64,000 nucleotides of DNA, from the NCBI RefSeq assembly GCF_000281045.1, contig NW_008246085.1:249749-313748 (forward strand), read 5' to 3'. Positions 58,239 to 64,000 of this stretch are shown in pieces. The position numbers were made by a program, and so were the translations under genes. The number at the start of each line of letters is the position of its first letter. Within the stretch, counting starts at the first letter, position 1. Source of the DNA: Saprolegnia diclina VS20. Its lineage: Eukaryota. The notes under the pieces are model-generated. The model made no database searches. It saw only the letters and a program-made list of their open reading frames with translations, and was not told the DNA's origin.

Positions 58239-61200
58239 ATGGGGCAGAAGGGCAGCAAGGCGCAGCAGAAGGAGTCGCATGCGTCCATGTACCAAGGTCT
58301 CGCTGGCCGCATGCACAAGCGGAAGAGCCAGGAAGATGGTCGGCCGGCGCATGCGCTCTCGGACCCGATCCGCGCCCCAGTCTCGGCGCCGGCCTTCCTT
58401 CCACGGGCGATGACGCCACCGCCGCCGTCCGCATCGGGCACGCCGACCACGCCGCCGCGGATGTCGTCTGACTTTTCGACGCCGCTGGCGACACCGGCGC
58501 CCCGGCATTCACCGGCAACCTCAACAAACTCGACGCCGTTGGCAACGCCGGCGCCACGGTCCAGTGGCGGCACGTATGTCCGACCACATATGCAATCGTT
58601 CGATCGCGTCAACCGGTCTTCCAGCATGCCTGTGGACACGTCGACGGACGAAGAGTCGGTCGGGAGCCCGGCCTCGAACGAGGTCGGCGACTGGCTCATG
58701 GAGGACGACGACATTGAGATCGAGATGGTCGACGACGACGACTTGAACTCGGAGCATGACACGGAGCACACGGTACTACTTCAACTCGTCCTTCTTGTCC
58801 ACAACACGATGGGCTCACGATACCGAACGTAGGAGCCCGAAGTGACGCTGACGCCGTACCTGCTCGCCAACAAGCCGCTTTACGACATTATGATCCAAGT
58901 GCAGCTCTTTGCCAACTTGAGTCAGAACCAGCAAGAGCAGGTGCTGCAGGCGCTCAAGCCGATCAAGTTCAAGGACGGCCAGGCCATTGTCAAGCAAGGC
59001 GAGCGCGGCGAGCGCTTCTTCATGATTGCCAAGGGCGAGGCCGTCATCACCAAGAACATGGACGGGAAGGAGCGCATGATCACGCATCTGTACGCTGGCC
59101 ACTACTTTGGCGAGCTCGCGCTCATTTACGACGACCCGCGCACGGCGACCGTCCGCGCGGTCGGCGACGTCGAGCTCTTGTACCTGACGCAAAAGGACTT
59201 TCAGCAAGTCGGCCAAGTCCACTTGAGTCTGATGCTGCAGCAAGTGCCGCTTCTCGCGCAGCTCACGTCGCGCGACCAAGACGCGATCTTGAAGAAGCTC
59301 AAGCCGGCCAACTTTTCGAACGGCGACTACATTGTGCGCCAGGGCGAGGAAGGCACGCGGTTCTACATGATTACGCGCGGCGAGGCGGCCGTGCTCGAGA
59401 CGCACGAAGCCGACGGCCAAGAGCGCGAGCTCACGCGCTTGTACGAGGGCCACGTGTTTGGCGAGATGTCGCTCATCTACAAGGAGCCGCGCACCGCGTC
59501 GGTCGTCGCGATCGGGCCGGTCAAGTGCCTCTACCTCACGAAAGAAGACTTTGACGAGTGCCTGCTCTCGGAGCGCTTTCAAAAGGTCATCCAGCGCGCG
59601 TACATTGAGAAAGCCACGCGCCGTGCGATGCGCAATAAGAACCGACTCCAGGAGGCCAACAAGCCGTCGTCCGCGACCGACATGTACTTATACTACGCGT
59701 ACGCCTGCGACGACGACTCATGAAGCTGGCTTTAGGTCGCAGATGACGCTCGAAGGTCTCAACGGCGTCGCGCTCGAGACGAGCAAGCTCACGAAGCACC
59801 GGCTCGCGAATGGCGAGAAGGTTGTCAACAAGTACGTGATCAAGGGCGAGCTCGGGAAGGGCACGTTTGGCACGGTGAAAAAGTGCATGAACGAAGAGGA
59901 CGGCAAGCTCTATGCGGTCAAGATCATGCACAAGACGTTTGTGCAGCGCATGGCCAACCGCGAAGACTCGCTCCAGGACGCGCTGCGCCGCGAAGTCGCG
60001 ATCATGAAGAAGCTGAGCCACCGCAACGTGGTGCGCCTCGTCGAAGTGATTGACGACCCGTCGTCCCAAAAGGTCTACTTGGTCCAAGAGTACATTGAGA
60101 AGGGCAACTTGACGGAGATTGCGCACGGCGACCGCCTCCCCGAGTACGTTGTGCGCAAGTACATGCGCGACCTTGTGTGCGGGCTGCAGTATTTGCACTT
60201 TCACAAGATTGTACACCGCGACATCAAGCCCGAAAACATCCTCGTGACGGCCGACGACATTGCCAAGATAGCCGACTTTGGCGCCGCGCGCATGGTCATG
60301 AACGAAGCCGAGACGATTTCGGGGGCCAAGGGCACGCCAGGTACCCTGGCTATGACCTCACCGTAGTCTTATTGTTTCTTATGTGCTAGCGTTTATGGCG
60401 CCCGAGATGTTCAACATCAACGCCGAGTACACGGGGCCGTCGGCCGACATTTGGTCGCTCGGTGCCACGCTCTACATGATGGTACGATCTGCCACGTGGC
60501 TGTCGTGTTGAGTTGTGCGCTAGATGTTTGGCCACCCGCCGTGGCTTGCTGACAATGAGATTGAACTCGCGGAGAAGGTGCAGCGCGACGAGCTTAGCTT
60601 TCCGGAAGGCTTTGTCGAGCCGCACCTGAAGAACCTCCTCCAGCGCATGCTGACCAAGGACCCGGACCGCCGCATTACGCTCGCTGACGTGATGAACCAC
60701 GAGTGGATCACGCGGGAGGGAAGTGAGCCGATCATCAACAACATTTTCGAAGACGGCATCAACAAGGTGACGTTTGACGAGACGGACGGCGCGATTCAAA
60801 ACATTCCCGAGCGCATCGACCAGCGCCTCCAAGCGTCGCTGGCCGAAGCCCACTTGATGCTGACCAACAAGACGCTGCTCGGACGACGCACGCCGAACGC
60901 GTCCTCGATGCACTCGCTCACGTCGTCCAAGTCGTCCAACGACAATGGGTCGCCGTCGCGCCAAAAGAGCTTTTCGAGCGCGCGCTCGAAACGCAGTCCG
61001 CTCCGGTCCAAGAACTCGAACGAGTCGATGGGCTCGACGCTCGAGGCGGCGCGCGTCATCTCTGCGTGGCGCCACCACAAGCGCGTCGCGCTCATGGACG
61101 GGCACAACCTCTCGGAACGCGTGCGCGATTTGCTCTTGGAGCAGAAGCGCATGGCGTTTTCGGTCGAGCGCGCGCAGATCACCGAGATCATCTTGCCGAC

Positions 61201-62925
61201 GAACCACCTGCTTCCGTCGCCGACGCGGCGCAATACCCAAGGCCTCGAGAGCACGGCGTCGGACGAAGACCTCTTGAAGCGCCAGTTGTCGCGGAAGAAG
61301 GACTTTGTCATGGTGACGTCGGAAGTGTTTCGCGGCGAAGAAGGCGACTTGCAGTCGCGCAAGGTGCTCTTCCAAGCCACGAACCAAGACTTCTCGATCG
61401 CGTCGCGCGTGCCACTGCACTCGTCGTCCGAGTCGTCGATGGTCGACTCGCGCACGATGTCGGACAGTCGCAACCTCTCGGAATCGCGGACGCTCTCGGA
61501 CCACCGCAAAATGTCGGACAGTCGGTCGATCGACTCGCGCAAGCTCTCGGAGGCCAGCCGAAAGCTCTCGGACTCGCGCTCCAAACTGTCGGACTCGCGG
61601 AAGAACTCGGACACGGTGCGGACCATGTCGGGCTCGCGCAAGTCGAGCCGGTCATCGACGCAAGACAAGTCGAACCACTCGATGAACGACCTCCTCAACG
61701 CCGAGACGGTCATGTCGGAAGGCAGCAGCGACGAGGACAGCGACGACGATGACGACATGCGTGCCATGAGCTCGTCGTCGAAGGGCTCGTCGGCCTACTC
61801 GGACGTCGAGTGCGACGTGGATGTGAACGAGACGTTTGAGGACCTTCTGCACACGCCGCGGTCGGGCGACGAGCGCAACGATGACATTGAAGTCGCACCG
61901 CTCGAGTGCGAGACGACGACGTTCTTCCCCGAAGACGAGATCGACGTGATCCAGGTCTACGTGAGCAGCAAGATTCGCGAAAACCTCGCGCTCGGCCTCC
62001 GTGCGGGGTACGCGGAAGCCAAGGGCGAGCGGCCGTACATGGAGGACAAGAGCCTCGCGCTCACGCACTACCCGCGGCCGGGCAACGACGCTGAAACCAT
62101 TGCCTACTACGCAGTCTACGACGGTCACAACGGCGACGAGACGGCGCTCGTCTTGCAAAAGGAGCTGCACATGAAGATTCTCGACCGGCTCGCGACGAGC
62201 TCGCCCGAAGATGCGATGCTCGACGGTATGTCACCACGTTGTGTGTGGGATTCGGTGCTGAGAAGGAAGATCACTAGGCTGTCGTGTCATGGACGAAGAG
62301 CTGCTGGCCAAGGACAATGCCAAGATTGCGGGCTTTACTCGCGACGGCAACGCGGCGCGGCCGGCGCCGATTTCATTTTCGGGCTCGGCCGCCATCATGG
62401 CGCTGCTGCTCAACGTCGAGGACGGTCTGCAGCTGGTCATAGGCCACGTTGGGGACTGCCGCGCGGTGCTCTGCCGCGGGCCGGAAGCCCTCAGTCTTAC
62501 CGTCGACCACAAGGCGAGCAACGCGATCGAGAAGGAGCGCGTACGTCATTTTGTATCTGAATCTGAACCTCAAAATTCGATTGTAGATTGAAAAGGCCGG
62601 TGGGTTTGTGCACAACGGTCGTCTCGACGGGATCCTTGCCATCTCGCGCGCGTTTGGCGACCTGGCGCACAAGAGCGACGGCCATCTCATTGCGGTGCCC
62701 GACATAACGACCGAGATGATTGAGCCCGAAGACGAGTTCCTCTTGCTCGCGAGCGACGGGCTCTTTGATGTGATCACGTCGCAGCAGGCCGTCAACTTTA
62801 TCCGGCGCAAGCTGCGCAACCACGGCGACGTGCAGCTCGCGGCGCAGGAGCTCGTGTTGAAAGCGCAAGAGTATGTGAGCCACGACAACATTAGCGCGAT
62901 CGTAATTTGTTTTCACCAAACCTAG
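58239..62925 (+). CDS. cNMP-binding x2 + CaMKK-like kinase + PP2C phosphatase fusion, about 1461 aa; introns 58773-58832, 59684-59735, 60341-60389, 60482-60523, 62226-62277, 62541-62586
   Basis: All six GT-AG introns splice in frame. Motifs: FGELALIYDDPRTATV and FGEMSLIYKEPRTASV; LGKGTFGTV, AVK, HRDIKPEN, DFG, GTPAFMAPE; RPYMED, YDGHNG, VGDCRAV, DHK, SRAFGD, ASDGLFD, HDNIS. Confidence 0.88.
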
Positions 62926-63040
62926 TAATATAGAAATAGTCGTTTTCGTTCCAAACGAATTGAAGAGCAAAGTGGCCGATTAAAAGAACAGACACCCGAA
63001 AAAAAAGCATCCGCGCTGGCGTTGACACGCATACGAAGAG

Positions 63041-63819
63041 CTAAAAGTACCGGCGCAAAGCGGCGTAGCGGCGGAAGAAGAGAAAGCCGCAGGCCGCGCC
63101 ACCGAGGTGTGCGACGTTGCCGACGCTGTTGCCGGCGGTCGACGCGCCCCAGAGGTCGCGGAGGATGAAGAGACCGCCGGCCACGTACGCGGGAAGCGGC
63201 ACGATCGCCATGATATAGATCGTGCTGTGCGGAAACGCGCAAATGTAAAAGGACGTGATCGCGTTGACCGCTCCGCTCGCCCCGAGCATGATCGAATGGC
63301 GGCGCTCGTACGTGTCATAGGCGATCTGGCAAAGTGATGCAACGACTACGGAGGAGGGTCCGTGAGCATAATGAGATGACCATGCTAGCAATGCGTACCG
63401 GCGCTGCCGACGTAGAGGCCGAGGAAGCGCTTGGCGCCGATCATGTGGCTCACTTCACGCCCGAAAAAGTAGAGGCCAACACCGTTCATGAGAAAGTGGC
63501 TCGTGCTCATTTGGCTAAACACCGACGTGACGAGCGTGTGGACACGGCCGGCCTTGAGGTGCATGAGCGACGTCGTAAAGTTCTCGACCATAAACGCCTT
63601 CTTCTCGCGTGTTTGCGCTGTCTGCCACATGAGGAAGACGGCGCCGTTGAGCCCGAGGACGCCATAGAGCGCATGGTCTGGCTCGATGCGGTCCAAGACG
63701 CTGCGGCGCGATGTAAAGGAGCGCGTTGGGATTGCTGGCGCGCGGTGCGGCAGGAAGGACTTGGTTGCTGGCGGCGCGAGGCGGCCAAGGCCGCGCTTCG
63801 CGAACATGCTCAAGGACAT
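63041..63819 (-). CDS. Rhomboid intramembrane protease, mitochondrial PARL/Pcp1-like; intron 63346-63398
   Basis: Arg-rich presequence-like N-terminus; TLVTSVFSQ..HFLMN; catalytic LGASG and AHLGG. Confidence 0.88.
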
Positions 63820-64000
63820 GATATTGCACTCTGCAACCTCTAAAAGTAAATATCCTCTTGGACGCAATTCGGCGGTTTATCCGGAAAATCTAAGGCCCAA
63901 AGATTCGTGCCGAACAATTGGGCGCACCCGTCCATGATCGCCTGCACCACAGACGATACTGCCCTTGGCAGCTAACGGCCATTGTCATCGACGCCCTTGG

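Overview
Gene-dense (about 25 genes), GC-rich eukaryotic genomic DNA. It is most likely an oomycete of the Saprolegniales type (inference from very short 42-60 nt GT-AG introns, oomycete Inr/FPR-like promoter motifs and a myosin-FYVE-GAF gene). Two assembly gaps are present (3396-3607, 47056-47953). Recognisable genes: Nup214-like nucleoporin, RPL3, SKP1, a BT1/FBT folate-biopterin transporter, a three-domain adenylate kinase, a SNF1/MARK-type kinase, a SHIPPO-repeat protein, NSRP1/CCDC55, a DHHC palmitoyltransferase, a P1B Cu-ATPase, NDUFB7, a long bacterial-type GAPDH, NOT4, COPA, COQ3, GAS8/DRC4, WDR92, myosin-IQ-FYVE-GAF and a mitochondrial rhomboid. The most striking items are: (1) one 7-exon gene fusing a myristoylation signal, two cyclic-nucleotide-binding domains with a cGMP-type signature, a CaMKK-like kinase and an apparently intact PP2C phosphatase; (2) a B-box/IQ/pseudophosphatase gene; (3) a Nup214 N-terminal propeller start lying downstream of the Nup214 C-terminal half; (4) an intronless bacterial-type GAPDH (HGT candidate); (5) a signal peptide-PDZ-PA-PA protein; (6) a possible phage-like domain in a hypothetical protein. 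No rRNA, tRNA or CRISPR was seen. All gene models were spliced by hand and family calls come from remembered motifs; no database search was run.
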